From: Catajapyx aquilonaris
Lineage: Eukaryota
Direction: 5' to 3'
Length of the DNA stretch: 42,320 bases
NCBI GenBank assembly: GCA_000934665.2
Contig: JYFJ02003401.1
Coordinates: 1 to 42,320, forward strand
Shown piece after piece: positions 1 to 11,310 of the stretch. The notes under the pieces are model-generated. The model saw only the letters and a list, made by a program, of their open reading frames with translations. It was not told the DNA's origin and did no database searches. Made by a program: the position numbers and the translations under genes. Position 1 is the first letter of the stretch, and the number at the start of each line of letters is the position of its first letter.

Positions 1-130
1 GGTAAAAAACTACCCCTGGTGATACCCATGGGGCATATGTGGAGGCCTCCGTATCGATCTGTTTAGGTGACAGACAGAGAGACAGACAGACAGATATGGG
101 TCTGGAAATATGTATTAGATTAGTGTATGT

Positions 131-379
131 AAAAGGGAAAGTTTGTGCGTTTGTCTCATTTCGTACCCATTATCTTGCACCCATTTCTTAGCAAGAAAAA
201 AATAAGAAAAAAAAAACGCACGAAAGTAAGGAAGCCTGTGACCGCGCATGGTGAGTAAGAAACAAGTAGAAAATGGGTGCGGACTGGGTATTAAATGGGT
301 TTTAAAAAAATTGGTGCAAAATGTGTACGAAATGGGTATGAGATTGGTATGAAATGAGAAAAAACAAACGTTTTCTTTC
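131..379. mobile_element. Degenerate inverted-repeat element (MITE-like) in parvin intron
   Basis: Left arm aaagtttgtgcgtttgtctcatttcgtaccca roughly mirrors right arm tggtatgaaatgagaaaaaacaaacgttttcttt; internal cgtaccca/tgggta repeats. No TSD resolved. Confidence 0.4.
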
Positions 380-639
380 AGGCAATTGTACTATAATCGA
401 CTAGATACTAATAATGTGCGTATAGACTTCCTCATCTCTCTCATCATCCTAACAGCCCAATCTGTCCCTTTACATAGAACCACCATAAATCATAATTAGC
501 CCTACTATAATTAAAGGGCCCACGCTCATTTGAGTTCCCCGTGACGTCACCACCACCACAATCCTTCATCCATAAAAGGCAAAAGAGTCTGTCTGGTGGA
601 GAGTGCCACGCCCTTTATCATCCATCGTCATTTTATTAC

Positions 640-754
640 CTTCCTTGATCCTCTTCTTCCTTCCCAGCGTCCCGATCTTGTCCCAGAAGGACTCGTCCTT
701 GTCGTCCTTCCTCGGGGTCTGGGGACGGGGAGACTTGGGGCGAGGAGAGGCCAT
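640..754 (-). CDS. Parvin: Parvin, first coding exon (gene continues beyond the left edge of the window)
   Basis: MASPRPKSPRPQTPRKDDKDESFWDKIGTLGRKKRIKE matches the arthropod parvin N-terminus (RPKSP...SFWDK..TLGRK). Phase-1 donor G|gtaata at 639. Confidence 0.85.
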
Positions 755-807
755 GTCTCGTCTGAATGAAACAGAGAGAGACCCGATCCGGACCAGCAGA
801 ATCTAGG

Positions 808-866
808 CCAAAATGGTGGTGGGCGGAGCCTATTAAAGACGGATGAATGAGAGTGGGCGGAGCTTA
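808..866. promoter_or_regulatory. Two GC boxes (GGGCGGAGC) in the parvin/THAP divergent promoter
   Basis: gggcggagc occurs twice (~820, ~855) just upstream of the parvin ATG. Confidence 0.45.
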
Positions 867-870
867 GAAA

Positions 871-1205
871 GGAACGGAGCAAACAGAGGGAACGGAGCAG
901 ACAAAAGGAACGGACTGGACGGAGGGAACGGACTGGACGGAAGGAACGGACTGGAAGGAAGGAACGGAGCAGACAGCTAGGGAACTGACTGGACGGGAGG
1001 AACGAAGCAGACAGAGGGAACGGTGCAGACAGAGGGAACGGACTGGACGGGAGGAACGAAGCAGACAGAGGGAACGGACTAGACAGAGGGAACGGAGCAG
1101 ACAGAGGGAACGGACTGGACGGGAGGAACGAAACAGACAGAGGGAACGGAGCAGACAGAGGGAACGGACTGGACGAGAGGAACGGAGCAGACGGAAGGAA
1201 CGGGA
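871..1205. repeat. Purine-rich minisatellite built from GGAACGGAGCAGACAGAG / GGAACGGACTGGACGG units
   Basis: About 19 alternating ~17-19-bp units seen directly; explains the low-complexity ORFs 628-1230 and 864-1532. Confidence 0.95.
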
Positions 1206-1323
1206 AGCGGGCGTCGGAATGCGGTTCCAAGATGGCCGCTCTGGAAAGTTAATCCAGAGCTGGGTAACCTTCAATGACTTATTCACATGCACCTGACTTG
1301 AATGTTTTGCAGCTTTTATTGCG

Positions 1324-2755
1324 ATGGGTTGCAGCGCTGCAAACTGCACTAACCAAGGCGTAAAAGGCAAGTGTCGCCTTTTCCGGTTCCCTCGAGACGA
1401 GGACGTCAGGGAGAAATGGAAGGTAGCCTGCGGAAGGGGTGACGATAAGTGGGAACCCACTGACGGGAACAGGTTGTGTGAGGTATAGGTTTTTACCAAC
1501 ATATTGGTATTTTGATCGAGTGCTTCGAACAACTAATTGACTGCATTTTTGTAGCTCCATTTCGAAGCCGACGCTTTTGAAAGGAACAGACAGGATGGCA
1601 GGCTGCTATTGAAAAGAGGTGCACTACCAACGTTGTTTAACTTCCCACACCCAGCTGCGCCACAAGTCAAGAGGAAGTTGCCGCAAAAGGTATATGCTGC
1701 AACAGGGAGGTAATGAGTGTAGAAACATGTATTAAGACAGCAGCTGAATTGGACCGCATCGGGACCTAGGCATTTTTGTCCAATAATTAACGTTAAAGTG
1801 TGTAGAACCCCCCCTTCACAATAAGCTGCATGATTTACAAAGAGTCACATACTGTAACATAAAGGAAATGATTGTGTGGGTTTTCTTACAAGGTTAGACA
1901 TGTGAGTGCATGATGTAGAAGACAGGTAGAGAATACTAAGGAAAAAATTCAGAGGGACATTGGGGCCGTGCAGACGGGCCAAGCTTAGCCGCGGCTGGCC
2001 ACGCCCGCGACGGTTCACACCTAGCGGCCCCCTAGCAAGGCCACGGCCAGGCCACGGGCCAACTTCCTGGAAGTTGGCCAGCCGCGGCCAAGCTTTGCCG
2101 TCTGCACGGCCCCAATATGTCTAATGAGTGCAAGGGAAACTTCACCTCAGGCTTGCACAGTGTAGAGTGAGACCAATGAAGGAGAATGTTCTCACATAAG
2201 CTCTTTTTGTCCATTTTAGCGTGCTTTGTTGGCCGATGAAATACATGATCAAGTGGGCAAAAGAAGACTGCTCCAAGGTGACGTGGATGATGGTACGAGT
2301 GGCCATGAAGGCAACACTGCCGCAAATGAACACGTGACAACAGAGGAGCGCCTAAAACAAGAGAATGCCTCGCTGAAGCGACAGTTGCTAAAAGAGAAAA
2401 GAAGACACCGGGTCCTTGCTAATAAGCTATCCGCCATTTTCAATGGAGATCAGATGGCTGTCCTAGCTGGAACTCGTTGCAAGAAGTGGTCCAAAGAAAC
2501 AATGCGTAGGTCACTTCAAATTCGTCTCGCAGTTGGATGTGCTGGTGAGTAGGCTATGTATGGTGTGTCCACTCAGTGTCAACAGCTATAAATACTGTAC
2601 AGATTGTGACAGGGAAACCCATGTTGTGTACGACGAGGTACTGTATGATTTACTTTCCGTCTCTCTCAGGGTATAACACATTGAGAAGGATGGGATATCC
2701 GTTTCCTTCTTACTCGTCAATTTGCAAGAGGTTTTGCACCTCGTGCAGAACATGA
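1324..2755 (+). CDS. THAP-domain protein derived from a P-element (THAP9-type) transposase, internally deleted; exons 1324-1482, 1555-1689, 2220-2544, 2670-2755 (~234 aa)
   Basis: Spliced translation MGCSAANC...FRFP...W...C...W.P....LCE|LHF..........LK.GALPTLF is a C2CH THAP domain with an AVPTxF-like box. It is followed by a coiled coil (ERLKQENASLKRQLL) and the P-transposase motif KWSKETMRRSLQIRLAVGCAG|YNTLRRMGYPFPS. All introns are GT-AG and phase-consistent. Confidence 0.85.
1962..2113. mobile_element. MITE (PIF/Harbinger-like) in THAP gene intron 2
   Basis: TIRs ggggccgtgcagacgg / ccgtctgcacggcccc with an extended palindrome; flanks att / aat. Confidence 0.8.
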
Positions 2756-2876
2756 AGGTCGGTGCTGATGGTGTTTGGAAGCCGTATCGGACTGGCATCA
2801 TATTGACAACTGAGAGCATCGTGACTCGCATTAGAGATCGCTTGGATGAGGGTACAAGTATGTCCTGACTTCCCGA
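2728..2876 (+). pseudogene. Out-of-frame remnant of the late P-element transposase region
   Basis: Alternate frame WKPYRTGIILTTESIVTRIRDRLDEG/YKYVLTSR resembles the KPFQxGI...YLLTxR segment before the catalytic QDxLE motif. It is frameshifted and ends before that motif. Confidence 0.65.
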
Positions 2877-3378
2877 AAGGCGAACATTTGAAACATTGAG
2901 ATAATTCGTTGGCGCTGGCCTTTTTTTTGTTTATCAGTCACTTACATATCGCTGTACGTGCTCATTACACTGGAGAAAACTAGGGTTACGGTTGTTATGG
3001 CTTTAATTTCAAATTCCAAATAAATACAATTTTCAGAGCCGATTTTAACATTCGGCGTACAAGCGTGGGTTCAGACACCTTTATTGCAGTGATTGTCGTA
3101 AGGCACCACGATCCCCCTCAAAGCACGCATTTAACGAACAGTACGTTGGGAAATGCACGAGAAACTAATAGTGGCCTTGAAAACAATGTAACTGATTGTT
3201 TCTAAAAACCAGATTAGTGACAACTTTTAACCGTACCATTCTTTGCCTGGTTACAACTCAACCATTCTTACATTTCAAATCCGTATAGATCAAATGAGCT
3301 TCGCTTCAAGAGCAAACTAATTACAGCCACCCATTACTTTTAAACCTTGATGAGGGCTGTACCTTTTTTTTTTTTGGT

Positions 3379-4962
3379 TCATGTGCAATGGGGAATTCTT
3401 AGTAGCCCGCCATTGGGTCTTGCAGAAATTAGAAGGATGCTGCTGGCAGCCCGGAACTGACTGAGGCCCTCCGAGCTCAGGTCCAAATTGTGGCACATGT
3501 TGAGCTGAAGGTACCGGAGGTTGCGGCATCTCCTCACCAGGTCAAGGAGCGAATCGTTGGTGACCTGGTTGCTTCTCATCAAGCGTAATTGAGTCAGAAG
3601 AGGGCAGTTTGCAGCAATGGCCGATATGCAACCGTTGCTCAGCTCAGTGCAATTAATAAAGCTGATCTTCTCGAGGCCACCAACGATGTTCGGCTGGGAG
3701 AAAAACCGCTTCAGAGATTGTACCATTCTGCCTCTGCACGTCTCCAGGGTCAAACTACGGAGGTTGCGCAGTCTCCCTATCCCGTCATGCAGGCCAGTGT
3801 TGGTCAAGACGGAACAGCCTAGGATATTCAGCTCCTCCAGCTGCAGGAAGTTTGCAAGGAGAAGGAAGGATTCCCGGTTGCGGAAGGAAGAGACAGTGAA
3901 CTTCCTCAGCCGGCTTCCCACACTGCAGGCCAGCACTTCCACTTCCTGGCCAGCACCGTTCATGTAGAGCACCACCTCAGTCAGATTCGGCCAGTTTCTC
4001 TCGGTGAACTCACTCGATGGCGGAGGGAAATCTTCACTACACAGGGTCATCTTTTCCAGCTCTTGGCAGGAACTAAAAATGTCCAGGGGATGTTTCCAGT
4101 AATTCTTGTGACTGTCGAACTCCATCCACACATAGATTTCCCGCAGTTCCCTGCACCTGTGTTATGAAAATAAAATGATGAACTGCCAATAAATGACACT
4201 CTGCTACACCCAGCCTCCTTTACTTACTCTTGTGCAATCAGTTCCAGCGTATCCTGCGACACTGAGGCAGCCACAATTTTGAGACGCTTGAGGTGAAGAA
4301 TGCTATGGGCTACTGCTTCCAGCAGCGAATCACCATCCTCTCTATCCCAATGCCTCAATTGAATTGACTCCAGATAGGCCCTGTTGCTCGTGATCATAGC
4401 CACCGATTCCGCTGCAGTTAAATGGCGGCCATCCAAGGTCGCCTTCTTCCTAAGACCCAGCCACTCCTTGGTTATCCTGTTCCAATCTTGGCACACCAGT
4501 GCGAGACCCTTGTAGATGGACTTGTCCTCCAAGTACGAAAACACCTTTGCCTTCATTTCGTCGGGCAGGTCCGCAAAGGTCTTGACGCTAGCCTGCAATC
4601 GACAATAAATTGCGTATGTAAACACATTTAAAGTACCGACATAATTAGCACTCACCGTTGATTCTACTTGACAATGTTGCTGGTTGCTGCCACTACTCGT
4701 CTTGCCCGCACAAGTCGGCTTCTTGTCTCGTAACTTGGAATCGACCGCTGATTTTCCCTGCACCTCCGAGACACCCAAACCGACAGCAATCTGAAACAAA
4801 AATCGACGGGTCGCAACTGTTAGAAGCACATATAATCATGTAGTCATGCAAATTAATGCGTGAGTACCGACAGTACTGGTGGGGTCACCCCAACGCCATA
4901 CAGACGACACCAACACAGACAAATTTTATTGTATTCTTTACCCTTCTTCATTGTTGTTGTTG

Positions 4963-5018
<56 letters not shown>

Positions 5019-5154
5019 TTTATTAATTTATTATTACCATCCCCCTGCCCACGCCCAGCCTCTTTCTCTTCGTGGCCCTCGTCTCCACGGTGTTCCAACC
5101 CTTCTCCTCAGCCTCCCTCGCCATCCTCTGCCTCTCCATTCCTCGAGTCTCCAT
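3379..5154 (-). CDS. F-box/LRR protein copy 1; exons 5154-5038, 4790-4656, 4592-4228, 4156-3379
   Basis: F-box LPDEMKAKVFSYL...LALVCQDW plus cysteine-containing LRRs (CPLLTQLRL, CRNLRYLQLNMC). Splice sites are phase-consistent; the exon-1 donor is inferred (ATG|gtaata). Confidence 0.85.
4951..5036. repeat. (TTG)n(TTA)n microsatellite inside the ancestral exon 1 of copy 1
   Basis: Seen directly; absent from paralogous exon 1 sequences. Confidence 0.95.
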
Positions 5155-5264
5155 CGTTCTCCCCTCAACAGAACAAACGTGTCGCAACAATCAACCGAGG
5201 GTTCGAACCGAGGCAACAAAGAAAAGGAATTTCATCAGAGGGACCCGACGAAATTTCGACCGTT

Positions 5265-5548
5265 TCCATTGTGGGCGGCCATATTGGAATCCAAAACAAC
5301 CTGTTGCCAGATTTCGTTCGTCCTTTCGATAACTAACGGAATCATTTTAACCCGACCAATAGTGCAATCGTACAAGTAATTTAATATAATTGCACATTGC
5401 ATGAATTAACTGTTGCTCGATTACTTTATTAGCAAGAAGAATGTGGTTGGCTGCGTCCGGATTTCTGGTGACGCACCCACCGGTTGCGTCCGAATAAACA
5501 GAGGGAACGGACCAGAAACGACGGTAGGAATGCGCCCAAGATGGCGCT
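5265..5548. promoter_or_regulatory. Conserved promoter cassette (copy 1)
   Basis: ccattgtgggcggccatatt ... gctgcgtccggatt..gtgacg..ggttgcgtccgaat..ggaacggacc..cgacgg..ggaatgcgcccaagatggcg; recurs upstream of most array genes. Confidence 0.75.
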
Positions 5549-6007
5549 GACCTTCATCGATCCAGGAAATTATGTGGCGATAATTAATAATTTCTGGCCA
5601 TAATTTGACCTATTTTGCTAATTTGGCAGTCGAGACGCCCAGTTAATATTGGTCAGCATAATATGAGTTACAAAGGAGAAGTCTCGGTGTTTAGGGACGC
5701 ACAACATGAGCCTTTGCACTTGACCATTCGTTTTATCAGCTAGTTACACCGTGCTGTTACATGCTCATTACATCACTTTAATTTCATTTCCAAGGGTACA
5801 TCTTCAATGCAAGCTACATGCGCATAAGGCGTACAAAATATTGCTGGTCACATGTGGATTCAGATACCACAGCGTATTGCAGCGATTGTCAATAAATAAA
5901 TATGGCACTGCAAAGCCCACTCAATGTAATGCAATATATTACAAGTTTAACACTGAAAAATTGTATGTTGGGGGAAAGTACAACATAAGAAATTGAGGAG
6001 GGAATTA

Positions 6008-7761
6008 CTAGGAATCAATGGCAGGTGCGTATATTTTAAGAGTGCTTCTCACGGCCTGGAACTGACCAAGGGCCTCAGCGCTCCGGTCCAACTTGCGGCA
6101 AGCGAAGAACTGAAGGTTCCGAAGATTGCGGCATCTCCTCACCAGGTCTAGGAGCGCATTGTTGGTGACCTTGTTGGTTTCCACCAAGCACAAATGAGTC
6201 AGAAGAGGGCAGTTCATGGCAATGGCCGATATGCAACCGTTGTCAAGAGTTAAGCAATGATGGATGCTGAGCTTCTCAAGGCCACGGACCACGTTTGGCT
6301 GGGAAAAAAACCTCTTCAGAGCTTGTGCCATGCAGGGGTGGAACCTAACCAGGGTCAAGCTACGGAGGTTGCGCAGACTCCCCATCCCGTCTTGCAGGTC
6401 AGCTTCAGTTAGGAAGACACAGCCTGGGATATCCAGCTCCTCCAGCTGCGGGAAGCATGCGATGAGACGAAAGGACTCCGAATTAACCATGGAAGAAATC
6501 GCCAGTTTCCTCAGCCAGCCTCCCACACTGCGGGCGAGCACTTCCACTTCCCTGTCAGATCTGGCTCCGAAAAGCGTTACATCAGTGAGTTTTGGCCAGT
6601 TTCTCGCGGCGATCTCTTTCGATGGCGGCGGGAACTTCCGATCATGTATGGTCATCGTTTCTAACTCTTGACAGGAACTTAAAATGTCCAGGGGATTCTT
6701 CGAGTAATTCTGGTACAAGCTGAAGTTTCTCAGGTAGATGTACCGCAATTTGCTGCACCTGTGTTGTAATAATGAACATAAGTAAATAACACTTCGCACA
6801 CACTATGTCAACCCTCCTTCACTTACCTTTGTGCGATCAGTTCCAGCATATTCTGTGACAGGGAGGCATCAGCAATACTGAGACTCTCAATATGGGAAAG
6901 TCTCTCGGCTACTACTGTCAGCAGCAAATTAGCTTTCGCTTTATTCCAGTGCGTGAAGGTAGCTGCCTTCAGACGGGTCCTGTTCCTCCTTATCATAATT
7001 ATTGATTCCTCCAGAGTCAAATGCTGGCCATCCAATGTGATGTTCCTCCTGAGACCTAGCCACTCCGTGGCAACCCTGCGCCAATCTTTGCACACCAGTG
7101 CGAGGCTCTTACGAAGCAATTTGTCCTGCAGGTACGAGAACACCTCCGCCATCATTTCGTCAGGCAGGCTGGCAAAAGTCTTGCTGCTAGCCTGCAATTA
7201 TCAACAAAATGCCTCAGCAGGATACAGGGAGTTTCCGAATTCAGCCGATAAACTTGTAGGGGTCATAGCCAAGACCAAGAGTTATTAGCTCTTGGGCAGC
7301 CCTGTTACCAAGGTAATTAGCTTCATGTCATCCCCCCACTCACCGTCGCTTCTACTTGACAAGGTTGCTGGTCTCCACTCGTCTCAGCTGCACGAGTCAC
7401 GCGAGACTGCTTCTTGTCACGAATCATGGAATCGGCCACCGATTCTCCTGGTGTCACCTTGATCTCCGATACACCACCACCAACCTGAAACAAAATCAAA
7501 GGGTTGCAACTGTAAGAAGCAGTCATGCAAAAAATTAATTGCAATTATACAGTACTGGTGCGGTCACCCCAAAGCCATACAGATGACACCAACAATAATT
7601 TCCATTTTATTTTTCACCTCTTTCCATGGCTTCTCCTCTTCCAGCCCCCTGCACAACTCGACCCTCCTTCTCTTCGTGGCCCTCGTCTCCACGGTGTTCC
7701 AACCCTTCTCTTCGGCCTCCCTCAGCATCCCCACTCTCCTCATCCTTCTGGTCTCCATCAT
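6008..7761 (-). CDS. F-box/LRR protein copy 2; exons 7761-7618, 7484-7344, 7191-6827, 6758-6008
   Basis: Same four-exon plan; F-box LPDEMMAEVFSYL..LALVCKDW; open LRR exon. Confidence 0.9.
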
Positions 7762-7925
7762 CCCGCTTCCTCCTTCCAACCTCCCTATCCCACCCTCTCC
7801 TGTGGGTCCAGAGAGACCTTCCTCTTCCAACAATGAAGCCGCAACCCAACAAAGACTGGCAACAATCAGGCCTAAATCCGAAAAAAAAAAAGGATAAAGC
7901 GAAAGTTACAAACGAACTTCCAACG

Positions 7926-8220
7926 TTCCATTGCTGGCGGCCATCTTGGATTCGCTCAACATACACCGTTGCCAGATTTCTCATCTCGAACTACAACCGG
8001 CCCCTCGATTAAACCGGACAATTAGCACAATCACGCAAGTTATTTGATACAATTGCATTTTTTTGGGTGTATCGCATATTAACGGTTGCTCGCTACTTTT
8101 ATCAGCAAAATTTAAGAATATTGTCGGATGCGTCCGGATTTGTTTTGTGGTTGCGTCTAAATTTATGTAACGTAAGGAACGGACCTAAGGCGACGGCCAG
8201 AACGCACCCAAGATGGCGCT
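7926..8220. promoter_or_regulatory. Conserved promoter cassette (copy 2)
   Basis: ggcggccatctt ... gcgtccggatt ... ggaacggacc ... gaacgcacccaagatggcg. Confidence 0.75.
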
Positions 8221-9137
8221 GATTTTTTTGTGCAATCCCAATTAAATAATTTGCGATTTAATAATGTCTTGGCCCTAACTTGAGCTCCTAGAGGGCATCT
8301 GACAAGCTGAGCACTAAGTTGATATTGGTAGCCATAATATGAGTTACGAAGGAGTCTCAGTAATTATGGAAGTGCAATTAGCCTTTTGAATGTGATGTAC
8401 ATGCTCATTACATGATGGAAGACGGAAGTATCACTTTATTTTCATTTCCAAGTGTACATTTTCAATGAAGCAAACTGTGGATTCGGCATACAAAATATGT
8501 GGATTCAGCCTTATCGCAGTGATTGTCAATAAGGCACTGCAATCCTGCAAAGTAATTGCAATCATGAGTTTAACGCAAGACATACACAACGTAATACTGG
8601 CCATGAAAACAATATAACAACCGATCGTGTCAATCGCAGCATAGTTTATCTGGAAAAAAACTAAGGCGTTCCAGATTTCCCTTCTTTTTGTGGGCAGGAA
8701 ATTCGTAGGGTATGACCACAACATATGCAAGTGGCCCTTGAACAAGACTTCAACACTCTTGTATCAGCCAGTTACTGTGCTGTATGTGCTCATTACATCA
8801 TGGAACAACCCAGACACTGTTGTATCACTTTCATTTCATTTACAAGGGTACATTTTCAATGCGGCCAAATATGCATTCGGTATGCAAAATATTGCTGGTC
8901 TTTCAACATGTGGATTCAGATACCACACCTTATCGCAGTGATTGTCAATAAACAATTAAATATGGCACAGTAATACCTCTCAAAGTAATGATATTACAAG
9001 TTTAACACAATGAAAAATTGTATGTTGGGGCAAAGTACCACATAAGAAATTGAGGAGGTGCGGTGGCCGAGATGGTAACGTATTTCAAAACCTTGATGAA
9101 GCTCACAGTTTTTTTGTTCCTTCCCAGTAGGGAATTC

Positions 9138-10860
9138 CTAGGGTGCAACGGCAGGTGCATCAATTTGGAGCGTGCTTCTCACGGCCTGGAACTGACCAAG
9201 GGCCTCAGTGCTCAGGTCCAACCTGTGGCAAGAGAAGAGACCAAGGTTCCGGAGATTGCGGCATCTCCTCACCAGGTCTAGGAGCGCGTCGTTGGTGACC
9301 TCGTGGGTTTCCACCAAGCATAAATCAGTCAGGAGGGGGCAGTTCAAGGCAATGGCCGATATGCAACTGTTGTCAAGAGTTGGGCAATGACAGATGCTGA
9401 GCTTCTCAAGGCCACGGACCACGTTCGGCTTGGAAAAAAACCTCTTCAGAGCTTGCGCCATGCAGGACTGGAAGATAATCAGGGTCAAGCGGCGGAGGTG
9501 ACGCAGTCTCCCGATCCCGTCTTGCAGGCCAGCTTCAGTTAGGAAGAAACAGCATAGGATTTCCAGCTGCTCCAGCTGAGGGAAGCATGCAATGAGATGG
9601 AAGGACTCCGAATTAACCATGGAATAAATCGTGAGTTTCCTCAGCCAGCCTCCCACGCTCTGGGCGAGCACTTCCACTTCCCTGTCAGCGTTGGCTCCAA
9701 AAAGCTTTACATCAGTGAGTTTTGGCCAGTTTCTCGCGGTGATCTCTTTCGATGGTGGAGGGAATTGCCGATCATTTATGGTTATCGTTTCGAGTTCTTT
9801 ACAGGAACTTAAAATGTCCAGGGGATTCTTCGAGTAGTTCTGGTACAAGCAGAAGTTTCTCAGGGAGATGACCCGCAATTTGCCGCACCTGTGTTGTAAG
9901 AATGAATATTTAAGTAGATAACACTTAGCACACACTATATCGACCCTCCTTCACTTACCTTTGTGCAATCAGTTCCAGCATATTCTGTGACAGGGAGGCT
10001 TTGAAAACACTGAGACTCTCAATATGAGAAAGTCTCTCGGCTACTACTTTCAGCAGCAAATTAGCTTTCGCTTTATTCCAGTGCCTGAAGATCACCCCTT
10101 TCAGACGGGTCCTGTTCCTCCTTATCATGATTACTGATTCCTCCAGAGTCAAATGCTGGCCATCCAATGTGATGTTCCTCCTGACACCAAGCCACTCCGT
10201 GGCAACCCTGCGCCAGTCTTTGCACACCAGTGTGAGGCTCTTACGAAGCGATTTGTCCTGCAGGTACGAGAATACCTCCGCCATCATTTCGTCAGGCAGG
10301 CTGGCAAAAGTCTTGCTGCTAGCCTGCAATTATCAACAAAATGCCTAAGCAGGATACAGGGAGTTTCTGAATTCAGCCGACAAACTTGTAGGGGTAATAA
10401 CCAAGACCAAGAGTTATTAGCTCTTGGGCAGCCCTCATCCCCCCACTCACCGTCGCTTCTACTTGACAACGTTGCTGGTCTCCACTCGTCTCAGCTGCAC
10501 GAGTCACGCGAGACTGCTTCTTGTCACGAATCATGGAATCGGCCACCGATTTTCCTGGTGTCACCTTGATCTCCGAGACACCACCACCAACCTGAAACAA
10601 AATCAAAGGGTTGCAACTGTAAGAAGCAGTCATGCAAAAAATTAATTGCAATTGTTCTTTACACCCCAAAGCCATACATATGACACCAACAAGAATTTTG
10701 GATTTCATTTTTTCACCTCTTTCCATGGCTTCTCCTCGTCCATCCCCCTGCACAACTCGACCCTCCTTCTCTTCGTGGCCCTCGTCTCCACAGTGTTCCA
10801 ACCCTTCTCTTCGGCCTCCCTCAGCATCCCCAGTCTCCTCGTCCTTCTGGTCTCCATCAT
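9138..10860 (-). CDS. F-box/LRR protein copy 3 (recent duplicate of copy 2); exons 10860-10717, 10591-10451, 10323-9959, 9888-9138
   Basis: Introns and flanks nearly identical to copy 2; all exons open and phase-consistent. Confidence 0.9.
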
Positions 10861-11022
10861 CCCGCTTCTTCCTTCCAACCTCCCAATCCCACCCTCCTGT
10901 GGGTCCAGAGAGACCTTCCTCCTCCAACAATCAAGCCGCAACCCAACAAAGGCTGGCAACAATCAATCTAAATCCGAAAAAGAAAAAAGGATAAGCAAAA
11001 GTTACAAACGAAATTCCAACGT

Positions 11023-11310
11023 TCCATTGCCGGCGGCCATCTTGGATTCGCTCAACATACACTGTTGCCAGATTTCTCAGCTCGAACTATAACCGGCCCC
11101 CGATTAAACCCGACAATTAGTAAAATCACGCAAATTATTTGATACAGTTGAATTATTGTACATTACAAATATTAACGGTTGCTCGTTACTTTAATTAGCA
11201 AAATTGAATATTGTCGGATGCGTCCGGATTTGTTTTGTGGTTGCGTCTAAATAGATGTAACATAAGGAACGGACCTAAAGCGACGGCCAGAACGCACCCA
11301 AGATGGCGCT
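11023..11310. promoter_or_regulatory. Conserved promoter cassette (copy 3)
   Basis: Same motif order as 7926-8220. Confidence 0.75.

Noticed and set aside
1..130. (GACA)n-containing repeat end, possibly a Helitron/MITE fragment
   Set aside because: Truncated by the window edge; no diagnostic termini visible.
871..1205. CRISPR-like array
   Set aside because: Contiguous tandem units with no unique spacers; eukaryotic context and no cas genes.
628..1532. 200- and 222-aa ORFs with repeated peptides
   Set aside because: Translations of the GGAACGGA minisatellite and antisense of the THAP exon.
760..3300. Complete P element with TIRs and 8-bp TSD
   Set aside because: No matching terminal inverted repeats found by eye; the right part is replaced by the F-box copy 1 flank after ~2880.
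4853..5379. Poly-Ile/poly-Leu 'membrane protein' ORFs
   Set aside because: Produced by the (TTA)n microsatellite.
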